The notes: a model not told the origin generated them from the sequence alone. A stretch of 64,000 nucleotides of DNA from Patescibacteria group bacterium UBA6532 (GCA_002434805.1 DJKW01000004.1:11936-75935); one strand, 5' to 3'. Counted from the first letter of the stretch, positions 18,893-32,255 are shown. A program made the numbers and translations.

Positions 18893-20027
18893 GTTTTTCG
18901 TTCATCCTCAAATAAAATTTAATATAGAAAACTTAAAGCTTGTTTTTTATAGTTTTTTAAAATCTCCTGATCTAGAAACTTTAAATAAAAAGTTGTCCTT
19001 TTATTTTCCAGACAAAACCCTTGTCTTCACTGATATGGGCCGTTCTGCTTTCCGTCTTATTATAGAAAGATTCAACCTTCAAAATTCTCAAATAATTTTA
19101 CCAGCTTACATCTGCGATATATTCTTTCCCATATTTAAACAATATAACATATCCCCTATCTTTTTAGATATAGAAAAGGATACTTTTAATCTTAACTCAA
19201 ACCTCCTTTTAGACAAGATTAACCCCGAGGTTAAGTCAATTTTAGTTTCTCATACCTACGGCCTTCCTCTAGATATTAAGAAAATCAAAGAAATAGCTGG
19301 AAAGGAAGTTCTGGTTATTGAAGACTGCGCCCACAGTTTTGGAGCTAAGATAAATGAAGCCTTCGTTGGAAATTTCGGTGATGCCGCTCTCTTTAGCTTG
19401 TATAAATCATTTCCCAGTTTGCGAGGAGGAATGGCAGTATTACCTAAAAATGAAGAATCTTCTTTACCTAAAACTAATTTCAATTTTCGAGACTTTATTT
19501 CTCTCTTAAACTCTTGTTCTTCCTTTGCTTATTTTTTTAAAAAATACGGAAATGAAATCTCTCCAAAATTTTTAAGAAAAGAGAAACTAGATAACCCAAG
19601 CCAACTCAATAGGGTTTCCCTAAATCTATTTCTTAATTTCTTTAATGGATTTGAAAAGAATTTAGATAATAGAATCCAACTAGCTTTGCTTTTTAAAGAA
19701 GAGCTTAGAAAATTAGGCTTTAAAGTTCAAGATTCTAGAAATAACGTCTTTACTTATCTTTCTGCACTGGTGCCAGAAAGTATCAATCGCGATCAACTAG
19801 TCAAAAAACTAAGGAAGTATAATGTCTTTTGTACAAGGATCTGGCATACTCCTATTATCTTAAATCCTAAAGTCCAGAAAGAATATAATTTGAATCTAGC
19901 TGAATTCCCAAATACTATTAATGCTACTAAAAGAATTATTAACTTTCCCTTACAGAACTTTTACACTGAAAAAGATATCAGAAAAATGGTATCAGCACTT
20001 GACAAATCTATGCATGATATGGTATAA
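18891..20027 (+). CDS. Divergent DegT/DnrJ/EryC1-like aminotransferase-fold protein
   Basis: EDCAHSFGAK and AALFSLYKSFPSLRGG (candidate PLP Lys). The N-terminus is unusually long, so the start is uncertain. Confidence 0.6.
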   Translation: MFFVHPQIKFNIENLKLVFYSFLKSPDLETLNKKLSFYFPDKTLVFTDMGRSAFRLIIERFNLQNSQIILPAYICDIFFPIFKQYNISPIFLDIEKDTFNLNSNLLLDKINPEVKSILVSHTYGLPLDIKKIKEIAGKEVLVIEDCAHSFGAKINEAFVGNFGDAALFSLYKSFPSLRGGMAVLPKNEESSLPKTNFNFRDFISLLNSCSSFAYFFKKYGNEISPKFLRKEKLDNPSQLNRVSLNLFLNFFNGFEKNLDNRIQLALLFKEELRKLGFKVQDSRNNVFTYLSALVPESINRDQLVKKLRKYNVFCTRIWHTPIILNPKVQKEYNLNLAEFPNTINATKRIINFPLQNFYTEKDIRKMVSALDKSMHDMV

Positions 20028-20046
20028 TGTAAACAGTGATTGATAA

Positions 20047-20421
20047 TTGAACAGCTTCCATGATGGACTCGAAAATACTAAGGGGAAACTCTTTGTTAAC
20101 TTGGATGGAAAATACCTTCTTCTCTACGGTACTGAAGATGGCCCTTCTCGACTCGGAACGACAGACCATGTCTCCGAATTATTCGAGTGGTTACTCACGC
20201 TCCCTGAGATAGAAAATAAGAATAATCTTCGCCCAATACCTGGATGTGCCTATACTGAAATACAGGTTGGGACATACATTGAAGACTTTACCACCATAAA
20301 TGATTCTAAGAAACTACCTACTACTTGCCACTACTTCGCTAGACGAAATGGAAAGGTAATTTTCTGGAACAAGGCAGACCCCGAAGAAGCTAAACTAGCC
20401 CTAAAAGAGCTCTCTCAATAA
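20047..20421 (+). CDS. Hypothetical protein (orphan, GC-rich, TTG start)
   Basis: 124-aa ORF with no internal Met and no recognised motif. Hand counts of 43-48% GC on two 60-nt lines, against about 27% just upstream. Confidence 0.4.
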   Translation: MNSFHDGLENTKGKLFVNLDGKYLLLYGTEDGPSRLGTTDHVSELFEWLLTLPEIENKNNLRPIPGCAYTEIQVGTYIEDFTTINDSKKLPTTCHYFARRNGKVIFWNKADPEEAKLALKELSQ

Positions 20422-20453
20422 AGACCCAAGCAAGTCTCTAAACTGCTCTTTTT

Positions 20454-21455
20454 TTATACTTTAAACTTAAGCAAGTAGGGGCTTAGTCTTTCAATTAAGA
20501 AGCTAGGCAAAAGACCGAAAACCTTCCTTAGTTTTGATTCTCTAACTCCTGATTCTTTTGACAAGTTACTTACTTCATAAATGGGGTATTTTTTTGTCCC
20601 CCATCCGCTCTTAAAAACTTCAAGTGGAGATCCGCTTCTAGTTCCACCTAGATCAAAAACTTCATAATTATTACCTCCTGCGTATTTTTGAATCTCATCC
20701 CATAAAATTAAATGGTTTGAATAAAGATCTTTGAATCTCTCATCTGAAGCATTGAGGAAATAATGTATAAATCTGCCGTAAAAGAGGAAAACGCTGCCAG
20801 CTATGATCTTCCCGTCTTTTATAGCTAAGACTATTTCTGAATTGGAAGAATCTAAAAAATATTTGAAAAAAGAAAAAGGGTAAGCTGGAACAAGGTGTCT
20901 TTTTGCGCTCTTAATATATAGATTGTAAAAGGAGCTTAGCTCTTTTTCGTTATCACATCTTTTAATCTTCACTTCCTGGTTTTGGGATTTTTTTATTGAA
21001 TGACAAAGAGTTTTTCTGAAAGAATTCCAAACCTGATCTTTGGTTTTTTGTTGAAAGCTCTCTATAAAATAAGTGTTTATATTACTTTTTTCGCCCTTGT
21101 CTGATTCTATCGAAAAATAATTCAACGTATGTGGATGAAATCGAATTCTTATTCTGTCTTTAAATTCAGACAAAAGGTTATTCTTAAAATTCTCTCCGTC
21201 AATTTTATCTTGCAATGGTAATGGTCCTCCGTATTCGCAAAAAGGATGAGAAATTAGCTTTTCTTTACTAAAAACTTTAACCCGAGCCAAGCTCAAAATA
21301 GCTTCATTTTTATATAAATAACGTTCAAATCTCAACCAAGAGAATTCTTTTTCCAAAAATTCCTCCCATTCCAAACTATGAAAAAAAGTTTTAAATAATA
21401 CCTTATTTAAAAAACTTTGCCACTCCTTATTTTCTATTTTTTGAAAATAGTTCAT
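20454..21455 (-). CDS. FemAB/GNAT-fold aminoacyl- or acyl-transferase-like protein
   Basis: 333 aa. The N-terminus (FFHSLEWEEFLEK) and length resemble FemX / EPS-locus FemAB-related proteins. Recognition is by overall pattern only. Confidence 0.5.
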   Translation of the reverse strand: MNYFQKIENKEWQSFLNKVLFKTFFHSLEWEEFLEKEFSWLRFERYLYKNEAILSLARVKVFSKEKLISHPFCEYGGPLPLQDKIDGENFKNNLLSEFKDRIRIRFHPHTLNYFSIESDKGEKSNINTYFIESFQQKTKDQVWNSFRKTLCHSIKKSQNQEVKIKRCDNEKELSSFYNLYIKSAKRHLVPAYPFSFFKYFLDSSNSEIVLAIKDGKIIAGSVFLFYGRFIHYFLNASDERFKDLYSNHLILWDEIQKYAGGNNYEVFDLGGTRSGSPLEVFKSGWGTKKYPIYEVSNLSKESGVRESKLRKVFGLLPSFLIERLSPYLLKFKV

Positions 21456-22224
21456 ATATCTCCTCTCCGGAAAGAAACTTATAGTTTTGTTTTTTTAATA
21501 AATTTAATATTTGATCTAAATTTTTAAAGAAATTGGCAGCATAACTTTTTCTAAAAGGGGTATCTAAAATATCCCATGAGTGCATGTTTATTGTGATAAA
21601 GTTAGGCTTTTTAATTTTAAATAGGGACTTTAAAACAAAAAATGGGATCTTTGCAAGCCAAACTCCGGCTATTGGTATCCCAAATATTTGACCGGCAACC
21701 GGAATCTCTAGAATTTTCATCTCTCCTTTCTTTCTAATATCTTTGATATTTGGATAATAAGGAACTAAAGGCCCTTTTTTCTTATACCCTCGATAATCTT
21801 TAAATGGCGGGTAATGAGGAACAATACTGCTGTCGTAAAGAAATCCTTTCTCCTCCAACAGCCTTAAGCCATCTTCGTCAATAATATGAGATGGGGCGCG
21901 GAATCCTCTTGGCAATTTTTTAAAAATATCCTGATAAACATTAATAAACTTTTCTAGCTCCTCTCTCCTTTCTGATGTATTTAACTTATTCCAGAATACG
22001 TGAGAATAACTATGAGAAGCAATCTCATAATTGTTCTCTAGTTCTTTTATTGTGCTACTGTACTGCTCTAAGGCTTTACCGGTAATAAAGAGAGTGGCTG
22101 GAACTTCGTGTTTTTGCAAAACGCCTAAAATTTCCTTCAGCCGTTCAATCCCTTGAAATTCTTTATTTTTTTCTCCATAGTCGTGCTCTACGTCAATGGA
22201 GAGAAAACAAACTTTATTCTCCAT
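21427..22224 (-). CDS. Polysaccharide deacetylase (CE4/NodB-like, vDvEdy subfamily)
   Basis: FLSIDVEHDYG, ASHSYSH and FRAPSH. Confidence 0.75.
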   Translation of the reverse strand: MENKVCFLSIDVEHDYGEKNKEFQGIERLKEILGVLQKHEVPATLFITGKALEQYSSTIKELENNYEIASHSYSHVFWNKLNTSERREELEKFINVYQDIFKKLPRGFRAPSHIIDEDGLRLLEEKGFLYDSSIVPHYPPFKDYRGYKKKGPLVPYYPNIKDIRKKGEMKILEIPVAGQIFGIPIAGVWLAKIPFFVLKSLFKIKKPNFITINMHSWDILDTPFRKSYAANFFKNLDQILNLLKKQNYKFLSGEEIYELFSKNRK

Positions 22225-22226
22225 GG

Positions 22227-23210
22227 CTAATTTACGGAAGAATTAAGATATCTGATGATTTTCTTGATGGCTTCTTTCAAAGATATATTGACCTTGTATC
22301 CGATAAGTTTTCTGATCTTTGTGAGATCCGGCCTTCTATGAGCCATATCCTCAAAACCCTGACCATAAACCTTATTATAAGGAACAAAAGTAATCTGAGA
22401 CTTACTCTTGGTCAATCTTTTAACAATTTTAGCTAAATTTTTGATGGTAATTTCTTTATCAGAACCCAAATTAAATATCTTACCAACAGCCTTAGGATTA
22501 GACATTAAGGATATTAGAGCCAAAACAACATCATCAATAAAAGCAAAACATCTGGTCTGATTACCTGTTCCATAAATAGTTATTGGTTTTCCAGCCAAAC
22601 ACTGTTGAATAAACCTGGGAACAACCATGCCATAGCTTCCTGTCTGCCGAGGCCCTATTACATTAAAAAGACGAGTAATAACGACTGAAAGGTCTTTTTC
22701 TCTATGGTAAGCTAAAGCCAAAAATTCATCACTTCCTTTTGACAATCCATATCCCCAGCGACTGTTGTAAGCTGAACCATAAATTCTGTCATCCTCCTCT
22801 TTAAAGGGAAGTTTATTATTTTTCCCGTAAACTTCAGAGGTAGAAGTGATAAGTAAAGGAACTTTATACTTTGCTGCGTTTTCTAAAACAATCTCGGTTC
22901 CTTTTAAATTTAAAAGAAAAGATTCAAGAGGTTTGTCAATTATGGTTTTTACTCCTACGGCAGCTGCCAGATGGTAAATCTGATCCACTTTTTTTACTAA
23001 ATTTGCCACTTTCTTTTTATTTAAAACAGTGCCTTTAATGAAATGGAATTTTTTGTTTTTTCTCAAGTGTTTAATGTTTTTTAAGCTTCCTGTTGATAAA
23101 TTATCAATAACAAAAACTTCTTCTCCTGATTGGAGAAGCTTTTCTGCTAAATGAGAACCGATAAACCCCGCTCCTCCTGTTATTAAAACTTTCTTAGATC
23201 GATATGCCAT
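22227..23210 (-). CDS. NAD-dependent sugar epimerase/dehydratase (extended SDR)
   Basis: [14 protein letters not shown] and YGLSKGSDE (YxxxK). Confidence 0.8.
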   Translation of the reverse strand: MAYRSKKVLITGGAGFIGSHLAEKLLQSGEEVFVIDNLSTGSLKNIKHLRKNKKFHFIKGTVLNKKKVANLVKKVDQIYHLAAAVGVKTIIDKPLESFLLNLKGTEIVLENAAKYKVPLLITSTSEVYGKNNKLPFKEEDDRIYGSAYNSRWGYGLSKGSDEFLALAYHREKDLSVVITRLFNVIGPRQTGSYGMVVPRFIQQCLAGKPITIYGTGNQTRCFAFIDDVVLALISLMSNPKAVGKIFNLGSDKEITIKNLAKIVKRLTKSKSQITFVPYNKVYGQGFEDMAHRRPDLTKIRKLIGYKVNISLKEAIKKIIRYLNSSVN

Positions 23211-24102
23211 AACTTTTTGCTGTTTCTTTTAATCCTTTCTCCAAATCAAATTTGGGCTGCCAATCCAAAAGTTTCTTTGCTTTAGAAGTATCAGCCAGGC
23301 TTTCTTTGACTTCTCCCGGTCTTTTAGGAATGTAAACTTTGTGGCCTCCAATAAGCTCAGCTAACCTGTTTATACTGTAATTACTGCCACCTCCAATGTT
23401 TATTACTTCTCCTTTTTCTATTGGCTTTAAAGCAGTAAGGATGGTGCCTTCTACGATATCGTTAACAAAAGTAAAGTCTCTTTTTTGAGTTCCGTCCCCA
23501 GTAATAGTAAGGGGTTCTCCTTTTTGCTTCTGCCTTAAAAATATACTAATAACTGTGGCATAGGATCCCTCTATAGGCGCCCTAGGACCATAAACATTAA
23601 AATAGCGCACAACAACAGTGGGCAAGCCATAGAGTTCAGAGAAAATCTTGCAATAAAGCTCGCCAACATATTTTTGAAGAGCATAAGGGTTTAATGGCTG
23701 AGCTTGCATGTCTTCTCTTTGGGGCAGTGTTTCTTGATTGCCGTAAACCGAAGATGAGGAAACATAAACAACTTTTTTAACTTTAGCATCGCGGGCCGCA
23801 ACTAAGACATTAAGCGTGGTATTTAAATTATTCTCATGAGAAGATATAGGGTCTTTAATAGAAAGTGGGATACGGGGCTTGGCAGCTAGATGGAATATAA
23901 AATCCACCCCAAAAAATAGGGGCTTGATTTTTTCTAGTTCTCTTAGATCTAATTGATGGAACTCGGCTTTAGAATTTACATTCTCTCTCTTTCCAGCCGA
24001 TAAATTATCAATAACAATCACCTGATATCCCCTATTGATTAAAGCATCGGTTAGATGAGATCCAATAAAGCCAGCTCCTCCAGTAACAATTACTTTAGAC
24101 AT
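23194..24102 (-). CDS. NAD-dependent nucleotide-sugar 4-epimerase-like SDR
   Basis: [21 protein letters not shown] and YALQKYVGE (YxxxK). Confidence 0.8.
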   Translation of the reverse strand: MSKVIVTGGAGFIGSHLTDALINRGYQVIVIDNLSAGKRENVNSKAEFHQLDLRELEKIKPLFFGVDFIFHLAAKPRIPLSIKDPISSHENNLNTTLNVLVAARDAKVKKVVYVSSSSVYGNQETLPQREDMQAQPLNPYALQKYVGELYCKIFSELYGLPTVVVRYFNVYGPRAPIEGSYATVISIFLRQKQKGEPLTITGDGTQKRDFTFVNDIVEGTILTALKPIEKGEVINIGGGSNYSINRLAELIGGHKVYIPKRPGEVKESLADTSKAKKLLDWQPKFDLEKGLKETAKSYGISI

Positions 24103-24119
24103 AAATTAAAATAAAACTC

Positions 24120-24938
24120 TTATTCTCTAACGCTGAATTTTTCTGGGTCATCAATATTTTGAAGATGCATTAATTCTTCGTTTATTTTATCAACAGCTTT
24201 GTGAAGTTTAAGATCAATCCCTTTGCTGTTAGCCAATTGAATGAGAGCTTTATGGTCTTTTGGCAGGCATTTCCCGCCATAACCTCTATAACCTTTGTGT
24301 AAAACCTGGAGATGAGACCTACCAATCCTTTTATCGGCCGCAGCAGCCTCCATCATTCTGTCATAATTAATACTCATGGCCTGGCATAAATCATACATCT
24401 GGTTGGCAAAGGTAACCTTTGTTGAAAACCAGGTGTTGCCGAAATATTTTATCATTTCAGCTTCAGTAGCTGGCAGAATTCTCTCAAAGGGAGCTAAAGG
24501 TAATAACTGCATGACATCTCCAGCTATATTGTAAGATTCCTTTGTATGGCCAACAATCTGCCGATCAGGATAAGCCATATCTTGATCTGCCGTAAGTTCG
24601 GTTAAAAATTCAGGATTCATTAAAACTTTCAGTTTTGGGTATCTTTTCTGTAATATCTCGGTTGTTCCAGGCAAAACAGTAGATTTAATGACTACGGCTT
24701 TTCCGTCTTGAATATTTTTAAAAGTTTCTTCTACGTAAGATAAGTCAAATCCGCCCTCTTTTTTATAAGGAGTGGGAACGCAAACAAAAATAATATTGGC
24801 TTGATTTATTTCTTCAAAAGACCCTAAGTTCTTTCCTTTATCATATAAAAAGGGTTTTATCCCTTTTTTTTGTTCAAGATAATTCTTTAAAGCCCCTCCT
24901 ACCATTCCAACGCCAACTACACCTACATTTTTTTCCAT
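24120..24938 (-). CDS. UDP-glucose/GDP-mannose dehydrogenase-family protein, short form lacking the C-terminal domain
   Basis: VGVVGVGMVGG, VCVPTP, NPEFL and the catalytic-Cys string GGKCLPKD. It ends about 40 aa after the Cys, at 272 aa against the typical 390-450. Confidence 0.7.
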   Translation of the reverse strand: MEKNVGVVGVGMVGGALKNYLEQKKGIKPFLYDKGKNLGSFEEINQANIIFVCVPTPYKKEGGFDLSYVEETFKNIQDGKAVVIKSTVLPGTTEILQKRYPKLKVLMNPEFLTELTADQDMAYPDRQIVGHTKESYNIAGDVMQLLPLAPFERILPATEAEMIKYFGNTWFSTKVTFANQMYDLCQAMSINYDRMMEAAAADKRIGRSHLQVLHKGYRGYGGKCLPKDHKALIQLANSKGIDLKLHKAVDKINEELMHLQNIDDPEKFSVRE

Positions 24939-25020
24939 AAATTTATCTGGATTAGATTATTTATTATTTAAGCGTTATAATCTATTATATAAATAAATAA
25001 GGGAAAAAGTCAATATAGCT

Positions 25021-26157
25021 ATGAAAAAAATACTCTTTTTAGTCACCCAATCTGAATTTGGAGGAGCTCAAAGATATATCTATGAAATGGCTACTAATCT
25101 TAATAAAGATAAATATGATATTTTAGTAGCTGCAGGTGAAGGAGATGGAGAATTATTCCGAAAGCTCCAAAATAGTAAAATTCAACCTATTTACTTAAAA
25201 TGGATGAAAAGAAGTCCTTGGCCATGGCATGTGATTTTAGCTATCCTTGAAATTCTCAATATCTTAAAAAAAGAGAAGCCAACCACTTTATTCTTATGCT
25301 CCACTACTGCGGGCTTTATAGGATCTTTGGCATCTTTTTTCTATAAACAGAAAATTAAAACTATCTACAGAATTGGCGGATGGGCTTTTCGCGATCCAAG
25401 ATTTTGGTTGCTAAATCAAATAATACTGATATTAGAAAAAATAACAGCTCGTTGGAAAGATAAAATTATAGTTAATTCCGAAGTTGACCGCCAGCTTGCT
25501 CTAAAGCACAAAATTGCTCCTTCAGAAAAAATAATTAAAATCTATAACGGAATTGAACTTGAAAGTCTTAACTTTTTATCTAAGGAAAAAGCCAGAGATT
25601 ATTTTGCTTCAAAAATTGGTTTTAATGAACAAAAACTAAATTTTCTTGTAGGAACAGTAGCTAATTTTTATAAAACAAAAGGACTCCCCTTTCTTATTGA
25701 ATCAGTTAACATGCTTTCAATGCCCAATGCTAAATATGTAATTATTGGAGAAGGCCGCCAACGATCCATGTTAGAAGGTTTAATTAAAAAATATAATCTT
25801 AAAGATAAAGTATTTCTTGTCGGCCGCCTCCCCAATGCTTTTCAATACCTAAAAGCTTTTGATATTTTTGTTCTGCCTTCTCTTAAAGAGGGTTTTCCTT
25901 GGATAATCTTAGAAGCCATGGCAGCTGAAACCTCAATTATTGCTACCAAAGTAGGCGCTCTCCCTGAAATCATCACTGATGGAAAAGAAGGAATTTTAGT
26001 AGAACCAAAAAATAGCCAAGCCTTGGCAGAAAAGATTAATTGGGTTTTAAATCATCCTCTAGAAAAAGAAAAAATGATATTTTCAGCTAAAGAAAAAATT
26101 AAAAACAAATTTTCGTTAGAAAAAATGGTTGAAGAAACAGAAAAATTATTGCGTTAA
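25021..26157 (+). CDS. GT-B glycosyltransferase (GT4-like)
   Basis: PSLKEGFPWIILEAMAAETSIIATKVGALPEIITDGKEG. Confidence 0.85.
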   Translation: MKKILFLVTQSEFGGAQRYIYEMATNLNKDKYDILVAAGEGDGELFRKLQNSKIQPIYLKWMKRSPWPWHVILAILEILNILKKEKPTTLFLCSTTAGFIGSLASFFYKQKIKTIYRIGGWAFRDPRFWLLNQIILILEKITARWKDKIIVNSEVDRQLALKHKIAPSEKIIKIYNGIELESLNFLSKEKARDYFASKIGFNEQKLNFLVGTVANFYKTKGLPFLIESVNMLSMPNAKYVIIGEGRQRSMLEGLIKKYNLKDKVFLVGRLPNAFQYLKAFDIFVLPSLKEGFPWIILEAMAAETSIIATKVGALPEIITDGKEGILVEPKNSQALAEKINWVLNHPLEKEKMIFSAKEKIKNKFSLEKMVEETEKLLR

Positions 26158-26170
26158 ACTAAATCAAGCA

Positions 26171-26201
26171 AAAACCCGCCGCGCTCATTGCGGCGGGTTT
26201 T
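26171..26201. terminator. Bidirectional intrinsic terminator
   Basis: 8-bp all-GC stem cccgccgc/gcggcggg (26175-26182 / 26190-26197), 7-nt loop, flanked by AAAA and TTTT, between convergent genes. Confidence 0.85.
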
Positions 26202-26225
26202 AAGATAGACAAAGAAAATATCTAA

Positions 26226-27743
26226 TTACTTGCCAAGAATTTCATTGAGCTTGTCTCTAGTAGTAGATCCTACTAAACCGGTTCCCGAGGTTAATCCATA
26301 AGTAGCTAAAACATCAGCAGCATATTTCTCTTGGAATTTAACTACAGCAGCATTGGTTAAAGAACCAAAGTATGTAGTTTCATTGCTTAAAGAACCTACG
26401 CCGGATGCAGCAACCTGTGTGTTAGAGTCTGAGTTTAAGACGATCTGAAGGTACATTACCTCGTTATCGCTCATTCCCTGTTTAAGAGTATTCTCAAAAG
26501 TAAAACCAACTGGAACACCAGTAATGGTGCCTGTAGCTTCTGTTCCTGTCGAACCGCCCATATCAGATAATTGAGCTTGCAAAGTTGCTAATTGTGCCAT
26601 TAAGGCATTAATTTGAGCTCGAAGCTCTGATACTGTTATTTCAACGATAACTGATTCCTCAACAACAGGCTCTTCAACTGAAACCTCAGCTACGGTCATT
26701 AACTCAGCTAATTCTGAAAAAGCAGTTTCCTTTCCGTCTCCATTTCTCGCTTTTACTCTAAATGTATATTCTGTTCCAGCAACTAGATATAAAGAAGTCC
26801 AAGAATTTTCCTTAATCCAACCAGAATTAGTTCCTGTAGTGTAATTCTCAAAGTAAAGTCCAGTTGAATTAGGAACTAAATTAGTAGGAACGCCAACTGC
26901 TTTAACCTTAACGCTAGTTTTAGTTGCCTCTGCTTTTTCTACCAAAGTAGGAACTGCAACTAATGTATAAATTTCAGAAAAAATTTCCTGAGCTTTGGTT
27001 GCTCCCCTATCATTGAAAGCATAAACTCTTCTACCAGAATATTTTGTATTTCCTTCCAAGCCTGTTTCGTCAAGATAAGAAAGATTAGCTGTTTGACTTT
27101 CTGCTACTGTTTTTAAAGAAGAATCTAAAATTCTAAAGCCAAACTCATTATTAGTTAAATCCAAAAAATGCCACCTTATGGTTGAAGTAGAAATTGCCTC
27201 TCCGTTTTTGACAAATGGAGGAAGAGGTATAGTAGGAACATTAGCTCCTACCACTATTTTTCTCTCAAGACCCAAAAGATCAAGATCTGTAGGCCCTTTG
27301 TTGCCGGAAGTGAACTCAACAGAGTTAATAGCAATCTTTGGCTTAACAGTGCTTCCTGAAGCCATGCTACTGCTAATGTCTGCTGTTACAAAAATTCTTT
27401 GCTTTGAAAAGCTGCCGGAAATTACTTTTTCAAAAAAAGGATAAATAGTAATAATCGCGACTTCTCTTTCGTCACCGTCCCAGCCAGCTGAAGAACCGTC
27501 TTCGTAGACTACTAATTTTGAGATATATGACTGGATAAGAACTCCGGCGTTGCGAAGCGTTATTGAACTTGGAACTTCAGGAAGAGTTAAATCCAGAATT
27601 AAAACTTGGCTGGTGCCGGGAGGAACATCATAAATCGGCTGGTTGTTAACTTTGAAATCCTCTGCCAAAAAACCAAAAGCAGCCAGTGGAAATAATAAAA
27701 GAATTACAAAAAAGGTAATTATTGAAAAAACAGTTTGCCTCAT
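26226..27743 (-). CDS. Secreted or anchored surface protein: FN3-like domains plus C-terminal coiled coil and peptidoglycan-binding (PG_binding_1-like) domain
   Basis: Start moved to the Met of MRQTVFSIITFFVILLLFPLAAFG (signal/TM). The track extension 27744-27827 is encoded by terminator hairpins. FN3-like strings (TEYTFRVKARNGDGKETAFS). The C-terminus LRAQINALMAQLATLQAQL...YLQIVLN...FGSLTNAAVVKFQEKY is PG-binding-like. Confidence 0.75.
   Translation of the reverse strand: MRQTVFSIITFFVILLLFPLAAFGFLAEDFKVNNQPIYDVPPGTSQVLILDLTLPEVPSSITLRNAGVLIQSYISKLVVYEDGSSAGWDGDEREVAIITIYPFFEKVISGSFSKQRIFVTADISSSMASGSTVKPKIAINSVEFTSGNKGPTDLDLLGLERKIVVGANVPTIPLPPFVKNGEAISTSTIRWHFLDLTNNEFGFRILDSSLKTVAESQTANLSYLDETGLEGNTKYSGRRVYAFNDRGATKAQEIFSEIYTLVAVPTLVEKAEATKTSVKVKAVGVPTNLVPNSTGLYFENYTTGTNSGWIKENSWTSLYLVAGTEYTFRVKARNGDGKETAFSELAELMTVAEVSVEEPVVEESVIVEITVSELRAQINALMAQLATLQAQLSDMGGSTGTEATGTITGVPVGFTFENTLKQGMSDNEVMYLQIVLNSDSNTQVAASGVGSLSNETTYFGSLTNAAVVKFQEKYAADVLATYGLTSGTGLVGSTTRDKLNEILGK
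26277..26625 (-). repeat. Copy A of a dispersed ~350-nt coding repeat (coiled coil + PG-binding module)
   Basis: Aligns to 31808-32156. The core 26287-26384 is identical to 31819-31916 (98/98 nt by direct comparison), and further 30-31-nt identical blocks follow. Confidence 0.9.
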
Positions 27744-27754
27744 TATTCTATTAT

Positions 27755-27784
27755 AACAAAAGACGCCTGGAAAACCAGGCGTCT
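27755..27784 (-). terminator. Intrinsic terminator (second of a tandem pair after the giant gene)
   Basis: 10-bp perfect stem agacgcctgg/ccaggcgtct (27761-27770 / 27775-27784), 4-nt loop, TTTGTT on the minus strand. Confidence 0.8.
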
Positions 27785-27800
27785 TTCTATCTCTGATAAG

Positions 27801-27824
27801 GAAAAAGCCCCAATAGGTGGGGCT
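27801..27824 (-). terminator. Intrinsic terminator (first after the giant gene)
   Basis: 7-bp stem agcccca/tggggct (27806-27812 / 27818-27824), 5-nt loop, followed by TTTTT on the minus strand. Confidence 0.75.
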
Positions 27825-27860
27825 CATTCCCTGCTCACAAGGAAAGCAAAATACTAATAC

Positions 27861-32255
<4,395 letters not shown>

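Noticed and set aside
27744-27827. N-terminal extension MSPTYWGFFLIRDRKTPGFPGVFCYNRI of the 26226 ORF.
   Set aside because: The extension is encoded by the two terminator hairpins downstream of the giant gene. The internal Met is followed by a proper signal/TM sequence.
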